From IMG/VR virus record IMGVR_UViG_3300027710_001279, positions 1-64,000 of that record: a stretch of 64,000 nt of DNA; one strand, 5' to 3'. Source of the stretch: a virus. The notes under the pieces were generated by a model that saw only the letters and a program-made list of their open reading frames with translations, did not search any database and was not told the origin of the DNA. Position 1 is the first letter of the stretch, and the number at the start of each line of letters is the position of its first letter. Shown one piece after another: positions 17,750 to 27,705 of the stretch. The position numbers and the translations under genes were made by a program.

Positions 17750-19596
17750 AAAAGATATTATTTGCCCTAATGTTTTTATGCTCAAATGCATTTGCTGCTA
17801 TCACTGATGGCAAGTTTGGTATCAATCAAATATTCGACGTGCAGTATTGGTGGAATGGTAATACACTAAACGCCAGTAACTTTATTGCTCCCTACAATAA
17901 AAACTTTCAAACAGTAACAGTTACCACAGGACAATACTTTCAGTTCTTTGCCAGCACGACTAATCCAGGAACCTACGGATTGAAGTTAATGAACAGCAAC
18001 GGCACACAGCACAGTATTGTTCATGACACTGGCGATATCACTGCTTTAGGTAACGGTGCTATTTTCTATATCGGATCGGGATTCTTTGGCAACGTTATCA
18101 CAACAGCAGCAGGCTACAACTATGGTGCTAGTGCTCAATTCACTAACATGGATACAAGTGTTACTAGCAGTGACCTAAACAACTATACATTTGCCAGCAC
18201 AACACCGTTGGCAGCAGGACAAACAGCGGCACCAGCAACTCCTACAGTTGATTGGAAAACGATTAAGACTAATAGCACACCTGTAGTAATCAGTGCTATT
18301 ACTCCAACAAGTTATAACAGTCCTGCAGGTGAAGGTGCAGCCAATGCGTTTGACGGCAACACAGGAACAAAGTATCTAAACTTTGACAAAAAGAACGCCG
18401 GTGTTACAGTTAAACTAAGTCAAGGTCGTGTAGTTCAAAAGTTTACTATTACCACAGCCAATGACTTCAGTGGCCGCGATCCTACCAGTTACAAACTCTA
18501 TGGCAGTAATAACGGCACTAACTGGACATTGATTAAACAAGACACACTAAGTTTAAGTGAGTCTAGGTATTGGACTAGTCCTGAAATAGCGACAGGCAAC
18601 ACTACTGCCTATGTCTATTACTTTATTCTATTCCCCACAACTAAGTCAGGTGACGGTTGTGGATTAAATTGTGACAGTATGCAGATTGGTGAAGTTACAT
18701 ACTACTATGATCTAAATGATGGTGTTACTAGCACTGACTCTGGATCAGGTGGCACACCTAGTAATCCAGGAACAGCAGGCAGTGTCTGTGCTGACTGTGC
18801 TCCTACATGGCCAGCAACCAGTGATATTACTGTTGGTCAAACTGCACAAAAGAATTCAGCAAAGAGCCGTGTATCAAACATTGTATTAGGCAACAGTCTA
18901 CATCTTGAACAAAAGATCGGTAGTAGTGGTAACAGTGTAACTATCGAACAGACCGGAAACTACAATAAGATTGCAGGCTTAGGTGGCAACACATACTCTG
19001 TCATTGACGGTGACAACAATAATATCAATATTAAACAAGGTGACACGCTAGGTAAGAACTTGATTGAGTTCAGTATTACTGGTAACAGTAACACAGTTGG
19101 TATATGGCAAAGCCGTAATCCTACAACTGGACTACAAGATGGCAGTGAAAGTGGTGGACACTACATGGGTCTAAATATCACAGGCAGCACCAACACATTG
19201 TCGTTGAAACAAAGCAATGACGGTGGCACAACTAGTGGACACTTTGCCTACATTGATATCACAGGTAACAACAATCAAGGCACACTAAAGCAAATGGGCA
19301 ATGGTGAGAAAACATTCTTTGGCATTGTCAATGGAAATACTAATGTGTTTGATGTTACTCAACAAGGGAGTGGAAGCTACTTTGATCTAAGTTTAACAGG
19401 CACAGGACATAATGTCACTGCCAACCAAAAGGACGCTGGCAGTCACAAAGCCACAATCAACTTGACCAATGCTGGTGGGTCTAGTACAGTCAATTTAATT
19501 CAGCAGGGTGCAACAGCACAAAACATCAACATTACTCAACAGTGTGCCACATTATCAGGATGTAGCGTTTCAGTAACGCAAGGCGGCGGACCATAG
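17746..19596 (+). CDS. Secreted protein with discoidin/F5-8-type domain and C-terminal curlin repeats
   Basis: Signal peptide; NAFDGNTGTKYL..RDPTSYKLYGSNNGTNW; C-terminal IEQTGNYN, IKQG, LKQMGNG, LIQQG repeats. Confidence 0.7.
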   Translation: MKKILFALMFLCSNAFAAITDGKFGINQIFDVQYWWNGNTLNASNFIAPYNKNFQTVTVTTGQYFQFFASTTNPGTYGLKLMNSNGTQHSIVHDTGDITALGNGAIFYIGSGFFGNVITTAAGYNYGASAQFTNMDTSVTSSDLNNYTFASTTPLAAGQTAAPATPTVDWKTIKTNSTPVVISAITPTSYNSPAGEGAANAFDGNTGTKYLNFDKKNAGVTVKLSQGRVVQKFTITTANDFSGRDPTSYKLYGSNNGTNWTLIKQDTLSLSESRYWTSPEIATGNTTAYVYYFILFPTTKSGDGCGLNCDSMQIGEVTYYYDLNDGVTSTDSGSGGTPSNPGTAGSVCADCAPTWPATSDITVGQTAQKNSAKSRVSNIVLGNSLHLEQKIGSSGNSVTIEQTGNYNKIAGLGGNTYSVIDGDNNNINIKQGDTLGKNLIEFSITGNSNTVGIWQSRNPTTGLQDGSESGGHYMGLNITGSTNTLSLKQSNDGGTTSGHFAYIDITGNNNQGTLKQMGNGEKTFFGIVNGNTNVFDVTQQGSGSYFDLSLTGTGHNVTANQKDAGSHKATINLTNAGGSSTVNLIQQGATAQNINITQQCATLSGCSVSVTQGGGP

Positions 19597-19597
19597 T

Positions 19598-19762
19598 ATG
19601 TTCAACGCCATTGGTTCATTGATGTTGGCAGGCATGCTGGCTCAAGAGCCAAGGTGTGTAAAATGGACATGGACAGGCGATGTCTATAATCGCAGAGTGG
19701 TATGCCTAGAATGGGACAAACCTCCCAAGCCACCTAAAGATAAGGATCCTAAGAAAACATGA
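19598..19762 (+). CDS. Small putative secreted protein (54 aa)
   Basis: MFNAIGSLMLAGMLAQEPRCVKWTWTGDVYNRRVVCLEW..; fills the gap, ATGA overlap with next gene. Confidence 0.65.
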   Translation: MFNAIGSLMLAGMLAQEPRCVKWTWTGDVYNRRVVCLEWDKPPKPPKDKDPKKT

Positions 19763-20244
19763 TTGATCCTATCACAATTGGTATTGCTTTCACGGCCGCA
19801 CAACAGTCGGTGGGCTATATTAAAAAAGCCATTGCCCTAGGCAAAGACGTTAACAGTCTCTACGGGCAGTTTGCCCGATTCTTTGAAAACAGTGATAAAA
19901 TTCACTCTGCCAGCATAGAGGTACAAAACAGTAAAAAAATTCTCACAGATGGGCAGATTCGGGCCATGTCAATACAGATTGCCATGCAGAGTAAAGCTCT
20001 GCGGTCCGCTGAAAAAGAACTAAAAGAGATGCTGATATACTCGGGTAATAGTGATGTCTGGGATGAAATGATGGCTGAGCGTGTGCGTATGTACAAGGAG
20101 AGAGCCAAGTTAGAAGCAGATATAAAAAATGCTAGGATCCAAGCACAGTCTGATATGATAGATCGAGTACTTATAGGTATAAGTTTTATGGCAATAGCTA
20201 TACCTGTTGTGCTTTTTACTTTTGCTATGATAGTAAGGTCCTAA
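19759..20244 (+). CDS. Hypothetical coiled-coil protein with C-terminal TM helix
   Basis: MIDPITI start; hydrophobic C-terminus. Confidence 0.75.
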   Translation: MIDPITIGIAFTAAQQSVGYIKKAIALGKDVNSLYGQFARFFENSDKIHSASIEVQNSKKILTDGQIRAMSIQIAMQSKALRSAEKELKEMLIYSGNSDVWDEMMAERVRMYKERAKLEADIKNARIQAQSDMIDRVLIGISFMAIAIPVVLFTFAMIVRS

Positions 20245-20259
20245 CCGCATAAATATTCA

Positions 20260-20571
20260 ATGCGTTTCGATGACTTCACAAAGCGACCTGTCCAACCACA
20301 GAGTCCACTAACTTATACAGAAAGTTTACAGGCTAAACTTGATGCCCAAATGGCAGTTAAACCTGCTCCTAAATTCACAGCTTTAGAGTATGCTATGATG
20401 GAAGGTGGCCATAGTTTAGAAGAAAGCTACGGTGAAACATTTGGCCAAGCTGGAAAAGAAAAAACTAAAATAATGCGTAAACATAATATTAAACCAGGCG
20501 ATGCAGAATGGTTTAAATTGTGGTTTAGTCTTCCTTACATGACTGGAGAGAAACCCAATGAAAGTAAGTGA
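20260..20571 (+). CDS. Hypothetical phage protein
   Basis: IKPGDAEWFKLWFSLPY; TAAATA 4 nt upstream of ATG. Confidence 0.7.
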   Translation: MRFDDFTKRPVQPQSPLTYTESLQAKLDAQMAVKPAPKFTALEYAMMEGGHSLEESYGETFGQAGKEKTKIMRKHNIKPGDAEWFKLWFSLPYMTGEKPNESK

Positions 20572-20752
20572 GATATTAGAAAACTTTGCTGATGGTCGTA
20601 ATCCACAAGACAAAGGTGATAGTAAACGTCACGGTATCAATACTAAAGCATCAGTAAGTAGTTTACGTAAGACTGCTAAACAAGGTGGCCGCAAAGGTCA
20701 ACTAGCACATTGGCTAGCTAATATGAAATCAGGGAGGGCTAAAAAGAAATGA
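20558..20752 (+). CDS. Small basic hypothetical protein
   Basis: Starts MKVSEILE; overlaps neighbours. Confidence 0.7.
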   Translation: MKVSEILENFADGRNPQDKGDSKRHGINTKASVSSLRKTAKQGGRKGQLAHWLANMKSGRAKKK

Positions 20753-21039
20753 GAGCCTACGAATTTATTAATGAAGATTGGAATAAGGTTAACAAGCAAG
20801 ATAAAACTGACGGACTAAGTCAGAAAGCTGTTAATGCTTATCGCAGAGAGAATCCAGGTAGTAAATTAAAGACTGCCGTTACTACTAAGCCCAGTAAATT
20901 AAAAGCAGGCAGCAAGGATGCTAAACGCCGCAAGAGTTTCTGTGCTCGTATGTCGGGTAACAAAGGTCCTATGAAAGACGAGAAGGGTCGCCCTACTCCA
21001 AAAGCAAAAGCACTAAGTCGATGGAACTGTGAAGAATGA
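20749..21039 (+). CDS. Small basic hypothetical phage protein
   Basis: Starts MRAYEFINE; RRKSFCARM motif. Confidence 0.75.
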   Translation: MRAYEFINEDWNKVNKQDKTDGLSQKAVNAYRRENPGSKLKTAVTTKPSKLKAGSKDAKRRKSFCARMSGNKGPMKDEKGRPTPKAKALSRWNCEE

Positions 21040-23099
21040 AAAAAATATTATTAAGCCCCTGGTTGGCAATAGTAACACTTGCCCTAATAGTAGGTGTTCG
21101 ATTTGCTGATCTAAGTTTTGTAGAATCGGTTAGACTTCGTTACTTTGACCAATTGGTTACCAGCCAACCCGCCAAAGATATACCTGTACACACAGTTAAC
21201 ATCGACGAGGCAGCATTAGACAAGTACGGCCAGTATCCTTTTAGTCGTGACATTTATGCACAAATCATTCAAGAACTCTACAAAAGAGAAGCTGGATTAG
21301 TTGTTTTTAATATATTAATGCCTGAAAAAGACAGGTTTAAACAAGACCCTGTGCTAGCACGTACTTTAGAACAATATCCAGTTATATTGCCCAACCTTGG
21401 AAGTATGTCTTCAAAGAATACAGCACACGGAAGCCCTGCCGCTATCATCGGTCAAGATCCTGCAGGCCGAGTAGTAGAATATCCAGGCATTATCAGTAAC
21501 GTAGACATGTTAGGTGAACGTGCTGCCGGTGTTGGTATGGTAAACACATTCCCAGAGATTGATGGTGTTGTTCGTCGGACTCCTTTAGTGATTTACAGTC
21601 AAGAACATTTGTATCCTAGCCTAGCATTAGAGACACTGCGTGTCGCTGCCAAAGACAAAAACTTCCAAATTAAGATTGGAGAGATGGGTGTAGAAGCACT
21701 GCGTATTCCTAAGTTTGGTAAGATACCTACAGACGGATTAAGTCGTGTATGGATTGATTGGTCAGCAACTCCTCAACAGCATAGTCTAGTAGACTTGCCA
21801 GAATCATTTAAAGGTGAGATAGTTATTGTAGGTGTTAGTGCCGCAGGACTAGTCCAACCCGTTGCTACCAGCAAAGGCGAAATATGGCCACAAGATTTAC
21901 AAGCGGCTGCTATGGGAACAATGTTAAGTGGCACCACTATACAACGTCCTGAGTGGGCTGACCAGGCTGAAATATTAGCACTGATCCTTGCAGGTGCATT
22001 ACTATTATTTTTAACAAGGTGGATGTATGTTGGAATTGCGACAATGGTTGTATTGGCTGTTGGTAGTGTGTTCGCTAGTATGTACGCTTATAGTGGGCTT
22101 CATATTTTATTTGATACTACCGCTTTTACCCTTGGAATTGTATTGGTTGCTTTACATGCCTATACAGTAAAATTCTTAGATGAGTTCTTCCAGAAGTCAC
22201 AAATTAAAAAACAATTTGGTTCTTACGTAAATCCTATTATTGTAGAACGCTTACAAAAAGATCCTAGTTTTATTAAACTAGGCGGTGAGAAGAAAGAACT
22301 TACTGTTATGATGAGTGACATGCGTAACTTCACCGGGCTCGGAGAGACCTACGGAGATGACGTCGTAGCATTTACAGAAACAATGAATCGTTACATGACT
22401 GCCATTGCTGAACCTATTCTACGCAACAACGGTTGCTTGATCAAGTTCATTGGTGATGCAAGTTTACATGTTCACGGTGCTCCTATTCAAGAAGCACAAG
22501 ATCCTGACCACGTGCTAGCAGGAATTCGCACAGGTTTAGAAATGTTACATGCCGTTGAGTTGTTTAACATTGAATTAGAAAAAGAAGGTAAGCCAAAGGT
22601 AGGATGTGGATTAGGTATTAACACAGGACCTACATTGATTGGTAACATTGGAAGTAAAGACCGTTTTGCCTATGACGTCTTAGGCGACAGTGTTAGTTTA
22701 ACAGCACGACTAGAAGGCCAAACAAAGAACTATGGTGTGTTAATTATCATCAGTGAATCCACACAGTCTAGAGTAGGAGATGCGTATTTTACACTGCCTT
22801 TAGATTGTATTGCAGTTAAAGGTAAGAACATAGGTGTTAATATCTTTACTGTGTTCTACAATCCAGATGAAACTGTAGCAGAAGCATGGTATAGTGCTAG
22901 AGAGCATCATGAACTAATGCTACAATATTATCGCGAACAACAATGGGACAAGGCCATTAGTATGTGTCAAGAACTAACTGGTGAGTTCTACGGTAACATG
23001 GATCATTACTACGAACTGTGGATTGAACGTATTGCTGAAATGCGCTCTAGAGATCTTCCTGCAGACTGGGACGGTACTTACAGGGCTACGAGCAAGTAA
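21036..23099 (+). CDS. CHASE2-domain class III adenylate/guanylate cyclase
   Basis: N-terminal TM, CHASE2 (VNIDEAAL..DGVVRR), three TMs, cyclase motifs SDMRNFT, KFIGDA, GINTG..GNIG..GDSVSLTARLE. Confidence 0.93.
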   Translation: MKKILLSPWLAIVTLALIVGVRFADLSFVESVRLRYFDQLVTSQPAKDIPVHTVNIDEAALDKYGQYPFSRDIYAQIIQELYKREAGLVVFNILMPEKDRFKQDPVLARTLEQYPVILPNLGSMSSKNTAHGSPAAIIGQDPAGRVVEYPGIISNVDMLGERAAGVGMVNTFPEIDGVVRRTPLVIYSQEHLYPSLALETLRVAAKDKNFQIKIGEMGVEALRIPKFGKIPTDGLSRVWIDWSATPQQHSLVDLPESFKGEIVIVGVSAAGLVQPVATSKGEIWPQDLQAAAMGTMLSGTTIQRPEWADQAEILALILAGALLLFLTRWMYVGIATMVVLAVGSVFASMYAYSGLHILFDTTAFTLGIVLVALHAYTVKFLDEFFQKSQIKKQFGSYVNPIIVERLQKDPSFIKLGGEKKELTVMMSDMRNFTGLGETYGDDVVAFTETMNRYMTAIAEPILRNNGCLIKFIGDASLHVHGAPIQEAQDPDHVLAGIRTGLEMLHAVELFNIELEKEGKPKVGCGLGINTGPTLIGNIGSKDRFAYDVLGDSVSLTARLEGQTKNYGVLIIISESTQSRVGDAYFTLPLDCIAVKGKNIGVNIFTVFYNPDETVAEAWYSAREHHELMLQYYREQQWDKAISMCQELTGEFYGNMDHYYELWIERIAEMRSRDLPADWDGTYRATSK

Positions 23100-23804
23100 T
23101 TAAGATCGAATCTTTGCCAAGCCTACTGTTCTAAATAGTGTAAGCCACATCCACCCTAGGTCAAACTCAAACCAACGACGGCTCATTTTAGGACTGGCTG
23201 GATCAAGGTGATGGTTGTTGTGTAGTTCTTCACCACCAATGATAATACCCCAGGGGCTAAAATTTGTACTGCGGTCTTTGGTCTCACCGTTACGATATCC
23301 TAGCCAATGGCCAACACCGTTGACAACACCTGCGGCCCAGAATGGAATCCATATCATTTGTATACCCCACACTAACAATCCCCATGAGCCAAAAAGAACA
23401 AGGTCTATGACCAGCATTAAAGCTATGCCCAGGCGACTGTGTGGAGTATATAATTTGCGTTCGATCCAATCATCGGGTGTGCCTACACCGTATTGATTAA
23501 TCATTGCTGTATCTTTGCTGGCCGTATGATATAAGAAGGCTCCTTTGAACAGGACATTCCATATGCCAAATACGTGCGGGCTATGCGGATCGCCTTCTAC
23601 ATCGGTTGATCTATGATGCTTGCGGTGTATGGCAACCCATTGCTTGGTAATTTGTCCTGTGGTCATCCATAACCAGAAACGCATAAAGTGTGCTAATATG
23701 GGATGAAATTCTATTCCACGATGTGCTTGTCCACGGTGCAAAAACAAAGTGACGCATACTATGGTAATATGCGTCACTATTAGAGTATAAAGTATTAATA
23801 GCAT
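23100..23804 (-). CDS. Fatty acid desaturase (DesA/delta-9-like)
   Basis: His boxes HRGQAH, HRKHH, HNNHH. Confidence 0.9.
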   Translation of the reverse strand: MLLILYTLIVTHITIVCVTLFLHRGQAHRGIEFHPILAHFMRFWLWMTTGQITKQWVAIHRKHHRSTDVEGDPHSPHVFGIWNVLFKGAFLYHTASKDTAMINQYGVGTPDDWIERKLYTPHSRLGIALMLVIDLVLFGSWGLLVWGIQMIWIPFWAAGVVNGVGHWLGYRNGETKDRSTNFSPWGIIIGGEELHNNHHLDPASPKMSRRWFEFDLGWMWLTLFRTVGLAKIRS

Positions 23805-23811
23805 CTACTAT

Positions 23812-24162
23812 TTAATCATCTCCGGCAGAACCTTTTATTTCCTCTTTGGTTGCTTTCCGTTTACCTATTGGTAGATCTTCATCTGCTGTCTTATTAATCT
23901 CAGCTTCTGCCCTAACACGCTCACGTTCAATGGTCTTGCCACGCAGTTCCATAACAGTTTCAACCTTTTGATTTAATCTTATAAGGTCGTTGTCCAACAT
24001 ACGAATGCGATCAATAAGAGCAATAAGAGTTCCATTAGCTTGTCCTATAACAGGTTTGATTTCTGTGGTCACCCATGTCCACACATAGTAAATGAAATAT
24101 CCCATGCCGCCAGCGGCTACAATAGGGAATCCATATTTGTTTACTAATTCTACTGGATCCAT
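23812..24162 (-). CDS. Small membrane protein with coiled coil
   Basis: GFPIVAAGGMGYF TM; similar to 25187..25465. Confidence 0.75.
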   Translation of the reverse strand: MDPVELVNKYGFPIVAAGGMGYFIYYVWTWVTTEIKPVIGQANGTLIALIDRIRMLDNDLIRLNQKVETVMELRGKTIERERVRAEAEINKTADEDLPIGKRKATKEEIKGSAGDD

Positions 24163-24171
24163 ATATACTCC

Positions 24172-25185
24172 TTATCTTACCCAATACCAAATAACACCTG
24201 GATGAGCACCATCTTGGATATTAGCCAACCACGGTGCTGGTTCCCATCCACCAGGTGTGATCAATGTTCCCCACCAACCGCCACGGAATCCGTCTGTGGT
24301 CAACCAGCCATGGTTGATGCCAATACCTACCCAAGGCATACGTGCTTCCATGTCATCATAACCGTAGTTCCATGTTTGACCAGTGTCATTGTTGCCAAAA
24401 CGTGCTAATTCTGTAATGTTCTTACGCCAGCCGGGTGTGCCCAACTGTTCATCACCAAAGTCAGCACCATCAACAATAGTTTGAGTAAATGAGTATGCTT
24501 CGTTAGCAGTCCACGCACCACCTAGTGATCCGTGTTCACGAGCAGTGATCATAAAATCAAATCCTGAGTCTGCTCGTTTGATCTTGTTAGCCCAACTTAA
24601 GATACTGTAGTTTTGTTCAACTGAACGATTGTTGTATTGGGCCAGTTGAGTAGGGCAAGTGGTAGCGTTGCGACTAAACACTTGTTCTTCTGTCCAGTTA
24701 CTAATAGAATTTTGAACGATTAATGTCCAGCCACCGCCTAAGGTAGTCATGTCACAGTAGACAGCAAAGGGATTGCCATCGTTGATGTCATCGTTTTGTA
24801 TCCAGTATACACCATCTTCACTGTCTGGATAGTCTTGTTTGATCTGCCAAGCACTGGTGCTGTATTCTTCTCTAGTCAATCCAGTGTTTAATCCTAGTGC
24901 TAGATTACGTGCTTTAAGTTCTGCTTTCTCTCTTGCTAGGATAGCCGCTTCGGTTGTGCGTAGTGAGGCAGTTAATGTCGAACGATCTGCGATACTCAGC
25001 GTGTCATAATAGTTTAATATAGTTTCTTGATTCACAATCTCTTCCTCTGTTTCAGCACCGATATCCTGATTGGCAATTTCTTCACGGTAATCATTTACGG
25101 GTTTTGATACTAACTTTCCGTCCGGAGTTCTTACCCAAGTAAAATCGCTGGTGTATTCTTTGCCATTCCATACAGATACAACCAT
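24172..25185 (-). CDS. Fibrinogen C-terminal-like domain protein
   Basis: DGVYWI..FAVYCDMTTLGGGWTLI motif. Confidence 0.7.
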   Translation of the reverse strand: MVVSVWNGKEYTSDFTWVRTPDGKLVSKPVNDYREEIANQDIGAETEEEIVNQETILNYYDTLSIADRSTLTASLRTTEAAILAREKAELKARNLALGLNTGLTREEYSTSAWQIKQDYPDSEDGVYWIQNDDINDGNPFAVYCDMTTLGGGWTLIVQNSISNWTEEQVFSRNATTCPTQLAQYNNRSVEQNYSILSWANKIKRADSGFDFMITAREHGSLGGAWTANEAYSFTQTIVDGADFGDEQLGTPGWRKNITELARFGNNDTGQTWNYGYDDMEARMPWVGIGINHGWLTTDGFRGGWWGTLITPGGWEPAPWLANIQDGAHPGVIWYWVR

Positions 25186-25186
25186 G

Positions 25187-25465
25187 TTAGTCTTTCCTTT
25201 GATCTGCTTGCTCTGCACGACTAATTCTGTCGTAATCAGGTTGTAGGCCTAGTGCATGACTTACTTTAACATCAATACGTTGAAGTTGGTTGGTCATAGT
25301 ATCAACACGGCTGTCTAAGCCTTTAATGATACCACCCATACCATTGACACTGGATGTAACTCCAGCAAGGATGAATTTTAGTGTAAGGAAAACAAAGTAG
25401 CCAGCAGCCATGGCACCTGCAATAGGAAAGCCAAGCTCTGCTACTAATTTAAAGAAATCTCCCAT
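25187..25465 (-). CDS. Small membrane protein with coiled coil
   Basis: GFPIAGAMAAGYF TM; similar to 23812..24162. Confidence 0.75.
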   Translation of the reverse strand: MGDFFKLVAELGFPIAGAMAAGYFVFLTLKFILAGVTSSVNGMGGIIKGLDSRVDTMTNQLQRIDVKVSHALGLQPDYDRISRAEQADQRKD

Positions 25466-25525
25466 ATTTTGCTCCCAGTGTATTATATTTACATATAATG
25501 ATTTGGGGAAAATATGGGTATATAA

Positions 25526-26239
25526 TTATTCTTCTAGCCACCAAGCAGGAGATTCTTGACGCACCTGGCATACAAAGTCAGCGTCACGAGGAACGCCCGG
25601 AGGGCAACTTGGATCAGGTACCGCAGCCATACCAGGTGCAAACTCACCCCAGCGATCGCCTTTAAAGTCTTTGTTTACATGAGTGTAGGGTGTCCAAAAC
25701 TCTGCACAAATATTTTGATATGTGGAGTAAGGTACCTTTTCGTTGTTCCAGGCAATAAAACGTTTAACACTATCGCCTGCAATAATTTGAATATTGTTTT
25801 CGGCAAACTTATGTCGTGGGCACCAGAATGTAGTCCATCCAGATTCTAAACTGTTTACGTAGTCTTGCATACGTTCAGAGATAATAAACGCATCCGACTC
25901 AACGTGAATGATTTTTTCAAACCCGTATTTCTCTGCATAGGCTGCGGCAAACATATAACTTCTATACCAACCTGGATATACAGCGTGTCCACTGTAACCT
26001 AGGTTCTGAGCAAAGTGATAGATCACTGCGCGGCTTTCAGGACATTCGTCCGGTAGTTGATTTTCTTGAATAACTTCTACGCCTTCCCATCCGGGCATCA
26101 TGGCGCTACCATCATCAATGAATAATATTTGATCATATTCGAGCTTACTATTCTCCAAGGCGTTAGCCCATCGTCCAAATAGTCCGTCCCAACGTGCTTG
26201 ATCGTTTGAGTAAGATGTGCAAAATACTAATGTTTTCAT
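25526..26239 (-). CDS. Putative glycosyltransferase (GT-A-like)
   Basis: IDDGS and IHVESDA motifs; adjacent to the sugar cluster. Confidence 0.55.
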   Translation of the reverse strand: MKTLVFCTSYSNDQARWDGLFGRWANALENSKLEYDQILFIDDGSAMMPGWEGVEVIQENQLPDECPESRAVIYHFAQNLGYSGHAVYPGWYRSYMFAAAYAEKYGFEKIIHVESDAFIISERMQDYVNSLESGWTTFWCPRHKFAENNIQIIAGDSVKRFIAWNNEKVPYSTYQNICAEFWTPYTHVNKDFKGDRWGEFAPGMAAVPDPSCPPGVPRDADFVCQVRQESPAWWLEE

Positions 26240-26344
26240 AACATTAATTATACACAAAAGACTTGACAAGAGCAAATCAAGGCTGTATCATATTTGTTAT
26301 AGTGCAGATAAAAATAATTTAAATACTGCAGAACAGAGGATTCA

Positions 26345-27145
26345 ATGACAAACCGATTAACTTTTAGCCACAGCGGCACATTTGGCGATACTATCTACAG
26401 TATGTGCCCAGTAAAAATACTAGGTGGGGGAGATGTTTATATTAAACTCAACGGAATGAACGAAGTATCGTGGAACGCATTTGGAGCACCAAACGCAGGA
26501 CCACACGCAGGTAGATACACACAGCAAGACATAGACTTTTTATTCCCACTGCTAGAAAAACAAAGTTACATTCACAAATTAGACTTGTGGCGTAACGAAA
26601 CAGTAGATCACGATCTAGCCGATCATTATAAATTTACCACAGGACCCAAAGGTTGGCAAGGAAATCAAACTGAATGCGCTGCCTTAGTCTGCGGATTAGA
26701 TCTCGACGAACATCGTCAAGCATTATTAATTGATCCATGGTTAGATGCTGTTGAACCTATCCGCATCAATAATCGTCCTATTGTTATCAACAGAACGCCA
26801 CGTTATCTACAAGGTGGTGATCCTAATGCTCCTACTTGGCGCAAGTGGGTTGAAGATGGCTTAGATGACGTTGCTGTATTCTTAGGCACACAAGAAGAAG
26901 CAGATGCGTTTAATCGTCAGTTTAGTTGTAATGTACCTTATCACAAAGTTGAGGATATGTTAGAGATGGCACGTATTATTCAAGGTGCTGAACAGGTTAT
27001 GGCTAATCAAAGTATTGTTATGTCCCTAGCTATTGGCCTAGGTAAAACATTCTGGTGTGAAACTAGAAAAGACTATGACAACTATCGCAGTCCTAGAGGC
27101 TGGGGAGATGTTTGGTTTCCCCGTGTTAATGGATTCTACTTCTAA
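26345..27145 (+). CDS. Putative glycosyltransferase (GT9-like)
   Basis: SGTFGDTIY N-terminus; DMLEMARIIQGA..NQS..LAIGLG. Confidence 0.5.
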   Translation: MTNRLTFSHSGTFGDTIYSMCPVKILGGGDVYIKLNGMNEVSWNAFGAPNAGPHAGRYTQQDIDFLFPLLEKQSYIHKLDLWRNETVDHDLADHYKFTTGPKGWQGNQTECAALVCGLDLDEHRQALLIDPWLDAVEPIRINNRPIVINRTPRYLQGGDPNAPTWRKWVEDGLDDVAVFLGTQEEADAFNRQFSCNVPYHKVEDMLEMARIIQGAEQVMANQSIVMSLAIGLGKTFWCETRKDYDNYRSPRGWGDVWFPRVNGFYF

Positions 27146-27705
27146 TGATTGAAGTTATAGATCTACCTTTGAAAGATGCAAAGGTAATAAAATTAAAACG
27201 ACATACTGATAACCGTGGCTGGTTCACTGAAACATTTAGGCAGGAATGGCTCGACCAAGCAGGCATTACATCTAATTTTATATTTGACTTTTACAGTTTT
27301 AGCATCAAAGCAGGAACAGTAAGAGGCATGCATGGTCAAACTAGTAATGCACCACAGGCTAAATTAGTCAGCGTTCTTAATGGTAGCATCTATGATGTGT
27401 TAGTTGATGCTAGACTAGACAGTCCTACATATGGACAAAGTTGCGGAGTTACTATTTCAAAAGACGAGCCTAGTCTTGTTTACATACCACGTGGTTTCTA
27501 TCACGGATTCATTACACTAGATCCCAACACCTACGTTGGTTACAGAGTAGACGGGTATCACAATGGCGCAGAAGAATGTGGCGTTATGTGGAATGATCCA
27601 CAGTTAAAAATTAAATGGCCTCTGAATGATGAGCTAACTATTAGTCAGAGAGATCAAAGTCATCCAAGTTGGAATGACTGTTATAAATTTCAAGGAACAC
27701 TATGA
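27145..27705 (+). CDS. rmlC: dTDP-4-dehydrorhamnose 3,5-epimerase
   Basis: DNRGWFTE, RGMHGQ..QAKLV..DVLVDAR..PRGFYHGF. Confidence 0.9.
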   Translation: MIEVIDLPLKDAKVIKLKRHTDNRGWFTETFRQEWLDQAGITSNFIFDFYSFSIKAGTVRGMHGQTSNAPQAKLVSVLNGSIYDVLVDARLDSPTYGQSCGVTISKDEPSLVYIPRGFYHGFITLDPNTYVGYRVDGYHNGAEECGVMWNDPQLKIKWPLNDELTISQRDQSHPSWNDCYKFQGTL

